Source: Trichoplax adhaerens
Taxonomy: Eukaryota > Animalia > Placozoa
Length of the DNA stretch: 31,406 nt
Direction: 5' to 3'
Assembly: GCF_000150275.1 (NCBI RefSeq)
Contig: NW_002060944.1
Location: 9,330,704 to 9,362,109 of the forward strand
The stretch's first letter is position 1. Each line of letters begins with the position of its first letter. A model generated the notes under the pieces. That model was given only the letters and a program-made list of their open reading frames with translations. It ran no database searches and was not told the DNA's origin. Below are positions 13,183-27,000 of this stretch, piece by piece. A program made the translations under genes and the position numbers.

Positions 13183-13818
13183 CAACCATGACTATCTTGA
13201 GTCAGCACGTCAAAGTTCACGTACTGAAAACGTAGATAGTCACAATTATCGACTTTAATAGAATCGAAACTATAAACCAATCTCTAGAGAGTTATTCCGA
13301 CTGAATCTTATACTTTTCCACGCGACTCTTAGATATACGATAACTCGACCAATTAGCATTGAATTCATTCATTCGCTGATTATAGGTATAGCCTGTATTG
13401 TGATAGCCACTATTGATCATATGATTGCTGAATCTCCATGATGTTACAGGTGTATATATATAGACAAAATTCAATTCAGAGGTTACAACATACATTATAT
13501 ATATTGCAACATGCGTATGAGGGCCAAGTAAAATAAAGTTTCCTTTAAAATGGTAGTGCTAATTTAAATAGTCCGATCAGTCATAATGGCAAGATATCAT
13601 TTTCTCCCCAATCGATTATTCGATAACTGTTCGCATCTCTCAATTCAATATTAACTAGAACATGTTCAGTTTATTGTAAGCAAGTATTTATACATTTGTT
13701 ACGATCCTAATCCTAGCGATCGATAACTGAAATAATTTTTTTGATTTAAAAACTGCAATCTTCGAAAGATGTACTTGCGATGACAATGATAGCAAAATAG
13801 ATTTCGGACTGTCATCAT
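13183..13818 (-). pseudogene. 5' fragment of the same secreted-domain family (copy B), truncated by an LTR-like insertion starting TGTCACA at 13182
   Basis: Reads GYTYNQRMNEFNANWSSYRISKSRVEK.../ITL*RLVYSFDSIKVDNCDYLRFQYVNFDVLTQDSHG, matching copy A (EFNPNWSSYRMSKSRME; RLTSNFDS..DCRDYVRGQFANFD). A degenerate hydrophobic leader lies near 13760-13818. Confidence 0.7.
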
Positions 13819-13857
13819 CGATTAACCAAGTAGTGGCGTAAAATAATAAAAACCATG

Positions 13858-14148
13858 TGTCACAAAACAGCTTTCGTGATCGGGCCTAGTCTATTCTATC
13901 TACTCTATCCGATCACCGACTAACTTCAGGCAATCCTCTATAAGGAAAACTAACTTATTCCAATAGTAAAGAGACTGAGTCAAACGATAGATCTAGGTTA
14001 ATAACTTTATTAACTTCTAGCTACACTAAGGCCTTCTCCTTTACACTAGTCTCAGGAGAACTTAAATACCCTTTCTTATTTACAGTCACTATACTTGTCG
14101 CCAATAATATTAGTTACTCCAGTTAGCAAGTCTAATTATCACACACAA
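13858..14148 (-). mobile_element. Solo LTR-like element (right boundary approximate)
   Basis: Starts TGTCACAAAAC. CTTTATT (AATAAAG on -) and CTTAAATACCC (TATA-like on -) are present. The block GGAAAACTAACTTATTC has similar copies at ~18530 and, inverted, at ~19975. Confidence 0.5.
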
Positions 14149-15694
14149 CAACAGAGAACAATATTTATGTCCTATTTGTTAGACCATAATAATACACGAT
14201 TAATAATCAGTAGCAATAATAATATTAAGCGACCAACAATTTTTGATTGCTAACTGCTTTAATACTGCGTATAGCAATTCCACACTAATAATACTTACTT
14301 CAATTACATGACAGCTATTTTCTACTACTAGGTGCTAGTCAGCATGGTCATACACGATTGTAAACAATTATTAATCGTAAACACGGAGCTACTAGCTCCG
14401 TAACACCATGGATGAAGGTTAAAGCGCGTAAAGTTGTCTATAATAATGGTTGTCGGAGCGTTATCCACAATTTTCACTCGATCACTACTTAGCAATAAAT
14501 TGTCGATATGCAATCACTAACTTAACTAAATTTTCAAGTAATTCGAGATTTCTTAGTACCTTGAAGGAGATACTATAATAAATTTTATATCTTATATAGC
14601 CTATATCCTAACTCCGATACTGTGTGTACTAAGAAATAAACGATATTAAAATTATAGTATTAGGATTGCTATTGTTTTAATAGAAATTGCGTACCTGAAA
14701 TACAAGGAATTGCTCGAACTTTGCTTCGATATCAAGGAATGTTATCATTGTTGGAAAGTAGTTTACTTTACTGATATTTATCGATGAGCAATTGTTATGA
14801 TTTTGTATTTATTATACTACATCACTGAAATTACGGTTGTTACCGTCGGTGTAGTTTAAAGCTAATCACCCAATTCATTGATGTACGAGTTATGTAGATA
14901 TCGGTTTGGTGCAGCATTGAAACCGTATTTAATGCATAGTATACGTCTATAAGAATGCGCATGTTAGTAACGTAGAACTGATTACAACAACTGAATAAAG
15001 AAGTAAAATTGTAAGCGTGTCTAGAACTTTAGTCGGAGTACCTCAAGCAATCAGCAAATACCATAATTAGGTCTTCAGATCTAGGTACTGGAAGGCCCAT
15101 GCATGTTCTCAGTATATAACAGTGTAACAGCATGGTATAAGGAAGCATATGATGCATAGTAAGAGGCTCTAGCTATTAATTTTTCTTTTAATGTATTGCT
15201 TTATGTACGATATGTACTCGCTCATTTTAATGGAAAATTTACTGGCATTTTGCAAGAGTTGCTTTATTAAAATACGAAGTATTTATCCCTTTCTGACATT
15301 GCAATGCATATGCTTATAAAACAGTTAATCATATTGTAAATCAGAAGATCGCCTTATTAACATTAACTAATATTGTTATGGAGTAACTTTTGCATTGCTG
15401 TCGTAACATAATTGGCATGAGATAACTTATCTAGGAATGTATTCATATTAATTTATCTATAATGTTTTACATATTTTTAATAGATTGCTGTATACTTTTA
15501 TAATATTATCTATCAACTGATAATTAATCTTAATGTCGATTTACTATAAATCGATTAATTTTTTAATAAGTTTGGATTCAGTTTTGTCTAATAAGAGACT
15601 AGAGGTATCATTATTCCATATGACGATAGAGGATCGTCAGTATGTAGAATCGTACTATAAGTAGATATCAGGCAAGACGAACCTCATAGTTGGC

Positions 15695-16105
15695 TGTAGT
15701 ACTTGGGTTTTACAACCCCTTAGGTTCGCAATCATCTAACTCAAATCTGGGTTATTAAAATGAGTAAATCTCTAACGCGACACAAGATCAGGCAAACACC
15801 GGGCATAACCTTAAAAGTAACCGTTTATTAATAGAACGCTTGACAAGAGAAGCATTCAGTTTTCTTCCCTCATAATAGCAGTCGAAAGTGGCTAAGATAA
15901 GCCAGATAATCGACTTCGTCTCCACGATAATATATTAAGATATTATATAAAAATATCACCCGGTATAGCTGGTTACTGTGGCCTTATACACATATGAACG
16001 AAAGGTATAAGTGTTCCTTTTCATCATCAGCAATCATGAAATTACCTTATAAATATAGTAGACTATTCTACTTCTTAATGCTACCGTACCGCAATTACTA
16101 CTACA
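15695..16105 (+). mobile_element. Solo LTR-like element, 411 bp
   Basis: Perfect 7-bp inverted termini TGTAGTA...TACTACA. The flanks GTTGGC/ATTAGC may be a degenerate TSD. The 5' end is repeated at 12705. Confidence 0.55.
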
Positions 16106-17232
16106 ATTAGCTGAAACTATTGTATCGGCTCGAAGCGTTTAGATTCTATTATAGTTAAATTTTTCTTAGATTACAAATTTAGATTTGTGACAATAGCTAG
16201 CATGGAAATTAGGCCTTATTAGTATTGTATTATAGTCCAGATTTTATAAAATACAAACATACATATATTGCAAGATATTACCAAGTACAAGAATTAAGCG
16301 TTAAGCTACATATTAAGAATACACAACCTGAAATAATATACCACACAATATCTAGCTCTAATGATTATACGAATATGCATTTCTTTCATCGGTGTCATAA
16401 AAATAATGCTAAGGTAATACTTTGATTGATTTTGGATTATTGTAATTTCCTACTGAAACCTTTTTGGCTAATCATTCTAATAGTACTCCCTATTTGATCT
16501 TTATTTTAACCTTCAAAAAAATAATTAACGTTCTTCCAGTTGCTGAAATAAGATGTAAAGTTATAGTTAATACCATGCTTTGATAGTTATATAAATACTT
16601 AATTGTGCTTTGGCCTTCGATACTGCCGTGTTAGCTATTATTCAGAAATTGTTGATGCTTGCATCATCTGGTATCTACAGCTTGTTGTAATCTCAACATT
16701 CAGTAAGAATGGTAGGGGGCCGATCGTATATATATACAGTAATAATGTTGATTGATTGGCAATTTTGTTTCAGTGTACCAACCGATGCAATCTAATAATT
16801 TATTCAAAGTTAAGAGCGACTACACTATGGATTGCTCATTGATGTCGTTTATTTCTAATTCTACGATCAATGTCGGCACAAAATGCAAGAAAAACTGAAT
16901 TGAATAACACTTTTATTTTTAAACTATATTTCTAAGAAAAGTAGAGGTAATAGAATAAAGAGTTCTGGTACACCATAATTAAAAGATGTATTAAGAGGTT
17001 GTTTGTAACAGTGTAGCACTATAACAGGTATTTTACCCCTATCGGGTAAACGCGCGCTCGCCATTCAATATAGGTCCAATTATAATTATAATCACTTTGT
17101 CATAGTATTGCTCCCGCCTAAATTACCTCTTGTAAATAATTATGCGTACGCACTTGAATAGGTTTATTATCCATTAAAGAATTTTAAAGATTTCTACGTC
17201 AATTCGAAACAATTCGAATGCAAAGATGACAA

Positions 17233-19706
17233 ATGGGAACGAAGCTATTGTTAGTTCTTTGAAGCACATCATTGGAGGGATGGGAAATTTTCGTGTCCCT
17301 TGGGGATGATTACTTTGTATTTCCTCAGGTAGATTGTATTCTAGAATGACATTTATAGGAATAGACTTTCGGTAAAATCTCAAATTCGAACATTTCGCAA
17401 AGTCTGAAGAGTCATTACTTTTTCAAAGAAAACTCAAAGGTGAAAAAAATATTCACAGGTACATTTAATCCTTCTGTAAGGCGGTTAAACATTGATAAAG
17501 TATTGTAATCTTTTTTGAAATAAACACTGACAGTAAAGTTTAAAAGATCAGTTATTGGGTAATTATAAAAGCTCTACTTATCTGCATAAGTGTATAAACT
17601 TTAGCGAGATTATTTTTTTATTTTTCGAAAAATAGCTCGTAAGATTTCAGTCTCTACTGAACCGATTCTTCGAGAAAAATAGCGTGCTTTGTTCTAAACA
17701 ATCTTTATAAGACACCTGCATAGATAATATAATTTAATAATCTATAAATTGCCGGGATTATGGTTAAGATTTCAATTCTCAAAATTAATAGCGTAGATTT
17801 TAACCCTGAAGGCATACTTTAACTATTCCATTAGTAGCAACAGGTTACCACTGATACTCTCATCAACTCTCTTACTCTATGCATCATAAATAGTCTTCAG
17901 TGTTGGTAAATTTGATATTCTTTATATCCATAACATATTCTTTGAAGGGCGCATTTACTTGTACGATATCTAAATCAGTCCTACATAGTATTCATTAGAA
18001 AATATGTTAGGAAAGAGACTATGTTCCTTTGATAGGTGCAATAAGAAGGAAATTAGGGTATTGTAGTAGTCAAGAGGAACATCGTTGTTTCGGAAACGCT
18101 TTCTCTACTTCTTGGTATAGATCTAAATATCACTGCAGTGAATTAGCATAAAGTTGGGCTTACTTGCTACTCTAGTTGATTTTAAATGATCTCATAATTA
18201 TAATTATTTGTATCTTTTGTGAATAAGATAAATGAATGCAATAATCTTGATTTAGTAAGATTTATTGAGATTCCACGAACTATAGCTTTATTCACTATCG
18301 CATCGAAATGCGATTGCATTTTTGTTAGCTATCAATCACAACAGTACAGCTTGATAGCACATTAAATGAGATCACGGTTATACTATCTATTACTACTACT
18401 ACTGCATATCATAACAAGGGTTGTTTCTTTTGTGAAGGATCGAGGCTTCACAATGCAGCCTTGTGACGATCTTCCTATTTGACTACTTTCTCTATAAGAT
18501 CTCCAATTTTCCTCTGAAGACCTTTCGTAGAGGAAACTTACTTATTCTGACTTCGTAATTTAGAGTCAACAAGTAGCAATGTAAGTCGAGGCACTTGACT
18601 AGCAAGGACTTTTAAGCCTAGGAGAGGCTATTGCTTACTGCTACGCCTTCAGGTGGAACTCAAGTTAACAACTTCATATTCATATCTTGAATTGATCCAG
18701 CTTCAATCCGAATTAAGAGCAAAATTCTAGAACTTCGGGCTTTAGCTAGCTATGTCAGTGCTTTAAGTTTAACGCTGATCACATTAATCGTTTTTCAACA
18801 GCCGGAATTCGGGTTTTAGCCGTAACATTTATACTCTTGTCTCAGTCACACAGGATACGGGCAAAAAGCATCCTGCATTTCACGATTCAGTATAGACTAG
18901 TGCAAACTCCCGTCGCTTTGCTGACGGTTTACGATAATGTGCTCATTTAACAGATAGTATTACCATTTGATAGACCTGTCAGATGTAATACTATATACAG
19001 TGTCAGTCAGTAATAGTACGGTTAAGACTGTTTTTGTGTGTTTGCGCTAATTCGATAATACCTAAAGTTAGTACGTTATAACTCGCTACTGTCACAAGTT
19101 ACATAATAATACTTGTGATTGAATAATTATAGTATTCTACAAATGTAACATACACTTGTTCAGTCTACGTGTTAATGGTGGATTGTACTGCGTACATTAG
19201 CGAATTCACTGTTTCACAAACTTGTAATTATAATGCGTTGTAAAAGTCAACGGCGTACGTATATAAGCCGCCACTTTTCAATACAATAAAGAGAGAGCAG
19301 AGTTAGTAGTCAGTTTTACAATAACTTCAATTACGTGTTTAATTTCTTGTCTCTACGCTAAGTGAGAGTGGTACGAACTTTCAATACAGTTGTTAGTATT
19401 AACTCTAGATAGTAATACACAACTGTTACGAAGCGTAGCTCCGTAAATTATAAAATAAGTAATAATAATTGATTAACCCGGGTTGTTTACCGTTTTGGTA
19501 GACAACCGTAGGGCATTAATACTGGTTGTTTACAATTATTATAAACGGAGCAATCAACAAAGGTTTAATTATATCTAGCTGGTTATAATATTGCTTAATA
19601 TAGGATTACCTTATGGGAGCGCACTGCTCTTGCAATTAATTACTCATATTGGTGCTGAGCTCATGCTCATCGATTGACTCATTAATTGGTTGCTATTCAT
19701 TAGTGT
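17233..19706 (+). repeat. Segment duplicated near-identically at 28913-31406 (copy 1)
   Basis: 17233-18308 aligns to 28913-29991 and 18817-19706 aligns to 30521-31405, with only scattered substitutions and small indels. The intervening ~510 bp matches the 529-N gap. Confidence 0.95.
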
Positions 19707-20884
19707 TGTTTACAAACTGAGCCCATACTAAGTGGTATTAATTGTCTGGGAGTATCTACCTAAAGTAACATATACAAATTGTGGAGGGAGCAACTTCCTA
19801 GTATGCCCCACAGATGAGTGGGGATGGTATAAAGACCGAGCGAATTATCACTCGCTAGTAGTAGTTGTTCCGGACTAGGATAATCTAGTAGAGACAAGAA
19901 ATTGGATGGCCGAATAAAAAGTACCAGTGGTTGGAGAGAAACCTTAGTAGTTGTGTAACTGTGTGGAAAGAGTTAGTTTTCACTTAGTAGAAGACTTCCA
20001 AGTCAGTGGAAGACTTACATAATTACTCTAGCACTTGATATAAACGAGTCATAAGAGGGATTTGCGACAACACTAGGCAACAATCTTCTCAATTAAGACC
20101 AAGTTCAGAGCGGGCTTCGTAACAGGCGGATTAGTATTAAAATGTATCCGCTCATCTGAATAAACCATAAAAGGCTTGTACTACTGCTAGTGCAAAAGCA
20201 AGGATAAAACTTACGAAAACCAATGCAGGGTGAATTAATGTAGTCTATACTTTACCATAAGTATAACAATGGGCTTCATACTTGTCACAGTCATCAAAAT
20301 AACTTATATGGATGTGTAATTTATGATAACATTTGGTTTTAAACTATTTAGAAGTATGAACTACTACTTTAGGAATGGTTATTGTTAGTATGTTGGTAGC
20401 ATAGTAAATATGTTTATAACTACTGAAAGAGTATATAAGAAGGACTGCGATCAATAAAAAGTGATTCAGGTTAAGGCTAAGTTGTGTGATAGTTTTATAT
20501 CGTACACTGTGTGGAGCGAGTTAGTACTTCGCAAGGATTCCAGTTACTATATCGTAGGCTAGGGAAGTAGTTCTGCGGATGAACGTAAAGTTTATTATAA
20601 GTACGGTATTGTTTTCTTGTGTCGCAAGGGTAGTTGTGGCAATACTCTATTCTGTTATGAATAGTGATAATAATCAGTAAAACCACTCACCTATTGCACT
20701 TATACTGGTTTTAGAAACGAAAAATCAGTTTTTATAACGTAAACGTATCAATTTAGTGACAATAATAAGCATAGAATAAAAGTTGCATTATTACCGAAGA
20801 ATTTGGGTAACTACGCGTGTTGCAGTACTGAGTTTAAATTAACCACAAATTTTCAACTTCGATCTTATTATTGAAGATTCAGCA

Positions 20885-21085
20885 ATGAAAACTAAGGTTG
20901 CTTTGGTTTCCATTTTATTCCTCGCTGTCGTTGTGGTAGAATGCAACGAAATAGAAGTTTCACTAGATGAGATAGATGAACCAATGATGGAATCGCATCT
21001 TGCAGATAAAGAATTGAATATCATGAACTGTAAGAATAACATCAATAAAGAAGATGCACTGGAGAAATCTATGGATGAGCTGAAT
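20885..21085 (+). CDS. Exon 1: signal peptide and acidic pro-segment (67 codons)
   Basis: The ATG is in a good context (GCAATGA). A basic n-region MKTK and hydrophobic h-region VALVSILFLAVVVV end at a V-E-C cleavage pattern, followed by a D/E-rich segment. A consensus donor AAT|GTGAGT follows. Confidence 0.85.
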
Positions 21086-24000
21086 GTGAGTATATATGCT
21101 TTTAGCATCAATTTCGTTATACCTTACCATTAGCAACTAGCCTACCGTTCAGAAATATTACGTCGTACTTCTCCTTGCAGTCGTAAGCTGCATGATAAAA
21201 ATCGTAGTTGAAGAGATCTCTATTCCTTAAATTATGGTAATTAATCGCTGCCTGGTCTTTAACTGCAAACTAATTTCTGTTTTGTGCAAGAATAAAACGT
21301 CGTTCGTGATATCTTATATGCTTACATGTTAGAAATTCGGCATCGTCGCTGATTTAGAAAGTATACTTAGTCAGATTAATGTAAGCGTATTATACTGTAG
21401 TCCAAATTACAAGTACGCGTATATGTTGCGTGGTGATGCTTTCATAGTCGGTAGCATGAATTACGCTATCGAACTTCAAGCCTTACCTAATTTGAATAAG
21501 TGAGAGGAGGCTTAAAAATATTTAACAATGGAATAGCTATATTGGAAATACTATATTTGAAGAATCATACTCTAGTGAAGGATAATAAATAGACAAGAGC
21601 TGTTTATTTGTAAGGCAAGTCCTATACAAACCAGAATAACTCGATTACAAAAGTACTAAAAATAGTTATCTTTACTGTTCCAAGCTGCGTGAGTATTAGG
21701 TGAGGTAAAGTGTAATTTAAGTCAGCAGATTACTTAAAGGCTTTTACTTTATGTTCTCTTGTTACAAAGATGAATTTGTGACACCTGATTGTGTCAGATC
21801 TAGTTGCGTTAAATATACTTTATTAAATATATTTTATAACTGTTATCGATTTCGATTCTAATTTTTAAAATTTAAACTTTCCGCTTTTATTTGGAAAATA
21901 CGCATTTGCTGTTCATATTGCGGACTGATAGTAATAGTAGTTAAGCAAATAAGATTGATGTTATGATATAAATTTTCTATCGTCATAAATTTATGAAATC
22001 AATATCAAGTTTTCATAGCAAATAATTAAGCAAATAACTCAGTACAATGTTTATCAAAAGATTAGCCTAATTATTACTAAAGTATCAGTGATGTCACTTA
22101 AATTATCTACTATTCTATGTACAGTATGTACCTACGTATTTATATATCTAGATTTTATAAAATATATGTAGGCACACGAATTACTAAGTAATTTTCTTAA
22201 ATTCACGTATCTATGCAATCCATATCGACTTCTTTGGAAAATATAAATCGAATTAAATAGCCCGTAAGTTAATACGTATTTGGATCATATTTACATCAAA
22301 TTTGTTCAATATTGTACTTAATTGAAAGTAATTCATAATTTACCTGCTAATGTCGATCTATATACGTAATATATTGAAAATAATGGCAATTGTGTTTAAG
22401 CAAATCAAAACTATTTATGGCGTAGCTAATTTATAAGTTCAAATTTTTTGATAAAATATACAGTTGACTAAATATAAAATGATTCTTTACTTGCTCTATA
22501 ATGCTTTCACGTTTTTGCATCTAAATGGCTATAAAATGTGGCCTCTTCGCTAATACGAATCAATACTACATAGCGCGTAAGTTATTCACTAGTGGATTTT
22601 ATTAATAAAATAGGTATAGTTATAGTTTAATTATTTTAATTAAAAATGATAAATCCAACAGTGTATTTAAATCACTCTTATTTTGATCTTTGGTATGTAC
22701 TTATACGTTTATATATTACTAAGTAATTTTCTTCAATTAACATGTTTATGCAATGGATACCGAATCCTTCGGCAAATCCTAATCGAATTAAATAGCCTGT
22801 AAGTTTACATTTGCATTTGGATTAGAGTTGTATAGTATTTGACTGAATTTATTATCATCAATAACTTACTTTTAAACGTTCGTACTTCTACAGAACTAAT
22901 CAAAAAATAATAATAACTGATTTAAAAAGATGAATTACTTATATATTTAATTTTAAACAGTTAATAGCTTATTCAAAGATAGTAAGTAGTTTCATGTACC
23001 TGTATTTAGCTACTGCATTCTAATTTATGCATTTACAACCATCGGTATCTAGTTGTGCATTTACGTATGTGTTACTAATTAAAGAAATATTTTTCCAAAT
23101 TCACATATTCATGCCATTGATAACGATTGCTGTGGCAATTCTAAATCAAACCAAATAGCAAGTAAGTTTATATTTATGTTTTGACAAGATTAAAATTTGT
23201 ACGGTGTTCAACTAATTTGAAATACTTTAAACATACTTGTTTGTCCGTACTTCTTCATGATTTATTGAAAATAATCATTTTTGAAATTGTGATTCACTTA
23301 CATAATTTATTTTTAAATAGTTAACGTTTATTTAAAAATTATAAACAATTTTTATATTCTCGTATTTTAAACACTTAATTTTAAAACTACTGTATTTATG
23401 ACCATCGATGAGCACTTGTGCATTCATGTATAACAAAGCGACTTTCTTAAATTTATATATCCATGTGATCAACACGGACTTCTTTGGAAAATCTAAATCG
23501 AACTATGTAGATCGTGAGTTCATATTTGTTCACATTTCATTTATGCAGTATTTGAATTAATTTATAAAATAATGAGAGCATATTTTTAAAATATCTAAAT
23601 ATCGTGTTCAAAATAATAAAAGCATTTATATATGTGAATCATTTATATAATTAATTTTTAAAACAGTTTACAGCTTTTGAATTGATAAATAAATAATTAT
23701 ATTCCCGTACTTTAACGACTGTATTTAAATTACGTATCATTATGATCATCGATGAGTACTTGTGCATTAATAGGTTACTAAGTACAGTAATGCTTTCTTA
23801 AATTTACATATTCATGTATGCGATATCGAATCCTTTAATAAATCTCAATCGAACCAAATAGAAAGTAAGTGCATATTTATATTTTGTTTGGATTAACTTT
23901 ACACAGTAATTGCAATCTAATCTGTAAATATCCGTATTTTTATTTAATCACATTTACAAATATCAAATTACTTACGTAATCAATTTTGAATTAGTTTACG

Positions 24001-27000
24001 ATTATAGAAGATAATAAACAATTTTACCCACTTTTAATAACTATTTAAAATTACTTGCATTTATGATCATCGGAATGTACTCGTAAAATTATGATTTACT
24101 AATTAATTTTAATGATTAATTTTCTTGAATTCTTATATCTTTGCAATCAATATTTACTCATTTGGTGAATCTAAATCGGATTACATAGTTCGTAAGTTCA
24201 TATTTGTATTTTGTTTTGATCAAAATTTGTACAGTATTTGACGGAAGCGAAATAATTAATGAATATCTTATAAATATTCGTACTAATATACGTCTTGCTG
24301 AAGATAATATTAACTAGGTTTGCAAATGTGGATCACTTATATAATTAGTTTTTCAAAGTAGTATATGGCTTTCGAATATATAAAAAATTTCAATATACTT
24401 TAACTACTGCTTTTAAATCATGTCCGTTTATCATTATGATCAGTATTTACTCGTGTATTTATAGTTTGTCAGTTGTCATGGACTAGTCTCCTGATCAGGG
24501 TGAAGTAAAGTATTCTGCTCTTTTAAGATGCTGCTATCAACTACCACTCTAATTTCTGCCTAGGACTACCATACTATACTGCTGTCACAGAGACAAACTA
24601 CACAAACTCAAGCTATTACTCTATTTCAACAACTGATTACAGCTATTTCTACTCGTAAAGCTACGTAAACTGCTAACAACAAACATGTATTTATAATTAT
24701 AAAAGAATCTCAAAAGTTTAGTCAACCTGACCTATAAAGGCGAAATTCACCACCACATTTGTGCAATGCTTTATCTATACTACTAATCACGATTTATTTA
24801 CACCGTGATAGAATTACTCAGAAATTTTCTTAAATTTTTATGTCTATGTAATCGATATCGACTCATTTGGTAAATCTAAATCGAACTAAATAGCATGTAG
24901 GTCTAGAAATGTTTGCATTTTGAAGATAATCAAAAATTTTATATACTTTAACTACATTATCTGTATCACATATATTTATCCTCATTGTCAGTGTATACCC
25001 ATGCAGCTATGCTTTACTAAGTAATATTTTTATTTTTTCATATGAATTCAATTGATATCGAATCATTTGGCGAATTGGAATCGAAATAAAATAGACCGTA
25101 AGTTTACATTTACGTTTTATGTTGATTAAATTTTTGCATTGTTTAGTTGAAATAATAAAACAAGTTTGCAAATACCAATATAATTAAGTTTCTAAGTAGT
25201 TTACAGCTTTTTGAATATAGTAAAGAGTTTTAGCTAATATAGTTCAACGGTTGTATTCCAATTGCATACATTAATCATCATAATCACTAGGTATTTTTGT
25301 TTTCATCTAATAATAAGAAATTTTCTTAAATTCTTCTATATATATATTCAATCGGTATCGACATATTTTGCAAATTTAAATTGGAAAAATAGCGTGTAAG
25401 TTTATATTTGTGTTTAATTTGATTGACTTAGTACAATACTTGATGGAAATAGTTGATAACTTATTTGTGAATGATCATATTTTCTATATACCTTACTAAA
25501 AGTAATAAAATTGTGTTTTTAAATGTTAATCACTTATGTAGTTAATTTTCAAGGCACTTTACGACTATTAAGATATAATGAATATTTGAATATGCAGTAA
25601 TTACTGATTTGAATGACAAGTATTTATGATCATTATCAATGTGCATTTATGTATTTATGCATTTTTAAGTAATTTTCTTAAATTCTATTATCTATACAAT
25701 CGATATCGAATCATTTGGAAAATTAAATCGGATTAAATAGTTCGTAAGTTTGTAGTTGTATTTCATTTTGATTGAATTAAAGGTTTATTTAACTGAAATA
25801 AAAATAATTAATAACTTGTATGCCAATTTTTGCACTCCTACATACCTTACTAAAGATTTTAACTATGTTTGGAAATATCAATCACTTACATAGTTAACTT
25901 TCAAAGTAGCTTGCTATATGACAAACAATTTTAGTATATTTTAACTTTTGTAAATTTCATGTATTTTATCATCATTATCACTGTGTACTTGTGTTTTCAT
26001 ACATTACTAAGCAAATTTTTTTTTAAATCTGATATCTATGCAATCGACATCAACTCATTCGGAAAATTTACTGTGAACTATGTATAGTTCGTAAGTTTAC
26101 GTTGTTTTTCATTAAATTTGCTCAGTATTTGACTTAATTGAAAATATTTAAAGTATTGCTTGTAAATGTCCTTATTTCTACATAACTGACTAAGAATAAT
26201 AACAAATACAGTTGCAAATATCATTTAGCTACACAGAATAATTAATTTTAAAGACGTTCATAGCGTTTTAGAAGAGAACTATATTTTAGATATACTTTAA
26301 CTACAGTAATCAAATTATATGTATTTATCATTATTATCAGTATAGACTTGTATATTTCTATAGTACTAAGTAATTTTCTTAAATTTTTATATTTATGCAA
26401 TCGATATCGACTCGTTTGGAAAATTTAAATTGGACTAAATAGTTCGTAAGTTCATAGTTTTGTTTTGTTTTGTTTTGTTTTAATTAAATTTATAAAAAGT
26501 CTGAATGAACTTATAATAGTTAATAACTTGCTTGAAAATGTTCGTATTCCTACTTGCCTTACTAGAATTAATAATAACTTCGTTTTATAATTAACTTTTA
26601 AAGAACTTTACGGCTTCTAGATCACTATAAACATTTTAATATACTTTAGATTTCGTATTTAAATTATATATATTTAAAATCATCATCAGTGTTTACTTGG
26701 GGATTTATGTATTGCTAAGTGATTTTCTTAAATTCTTATATCTACCTTATCAATACTAATTTATTTGGCAAATTTAAATCGGACTAAAACAGAATGTAAG
26801 TTTATATTTGTGTTTCAATTCTGATTAACTTTGTACAGTATTTGACTAAAATGAAATAATTAATTACTCACTTGTAAATATTCGCATTTCTACATACCTT
26901 ACTTAAAATAATAAAAACTACTTCTAAAAATGCCTATCACTACTATAATTAATTCTTAAAGTAGTTTGTGGCTTTTGAATGTAATAAACAGTTTGAGTAA

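Noticed and set aside
20839-21111. Minus-strand ORF of 90 aa
   Set aside because: It is antisense to the signal-peptide exon. The plus strand has the ATG context, signal peptide and donor site.
21086-21133. C-terminal VSIYAFSINFVIPYH of the listed 82-aa ORF
   Set aside because: Most likely intron read-through after the GTGAGT donor.
22121-22133. Extra AG|TAT|GTACCT cassette
   Set aside because: The donor is weak, it lies at a non-equivalent position of the repeat unit, and it lacks the conserved upstream motif.
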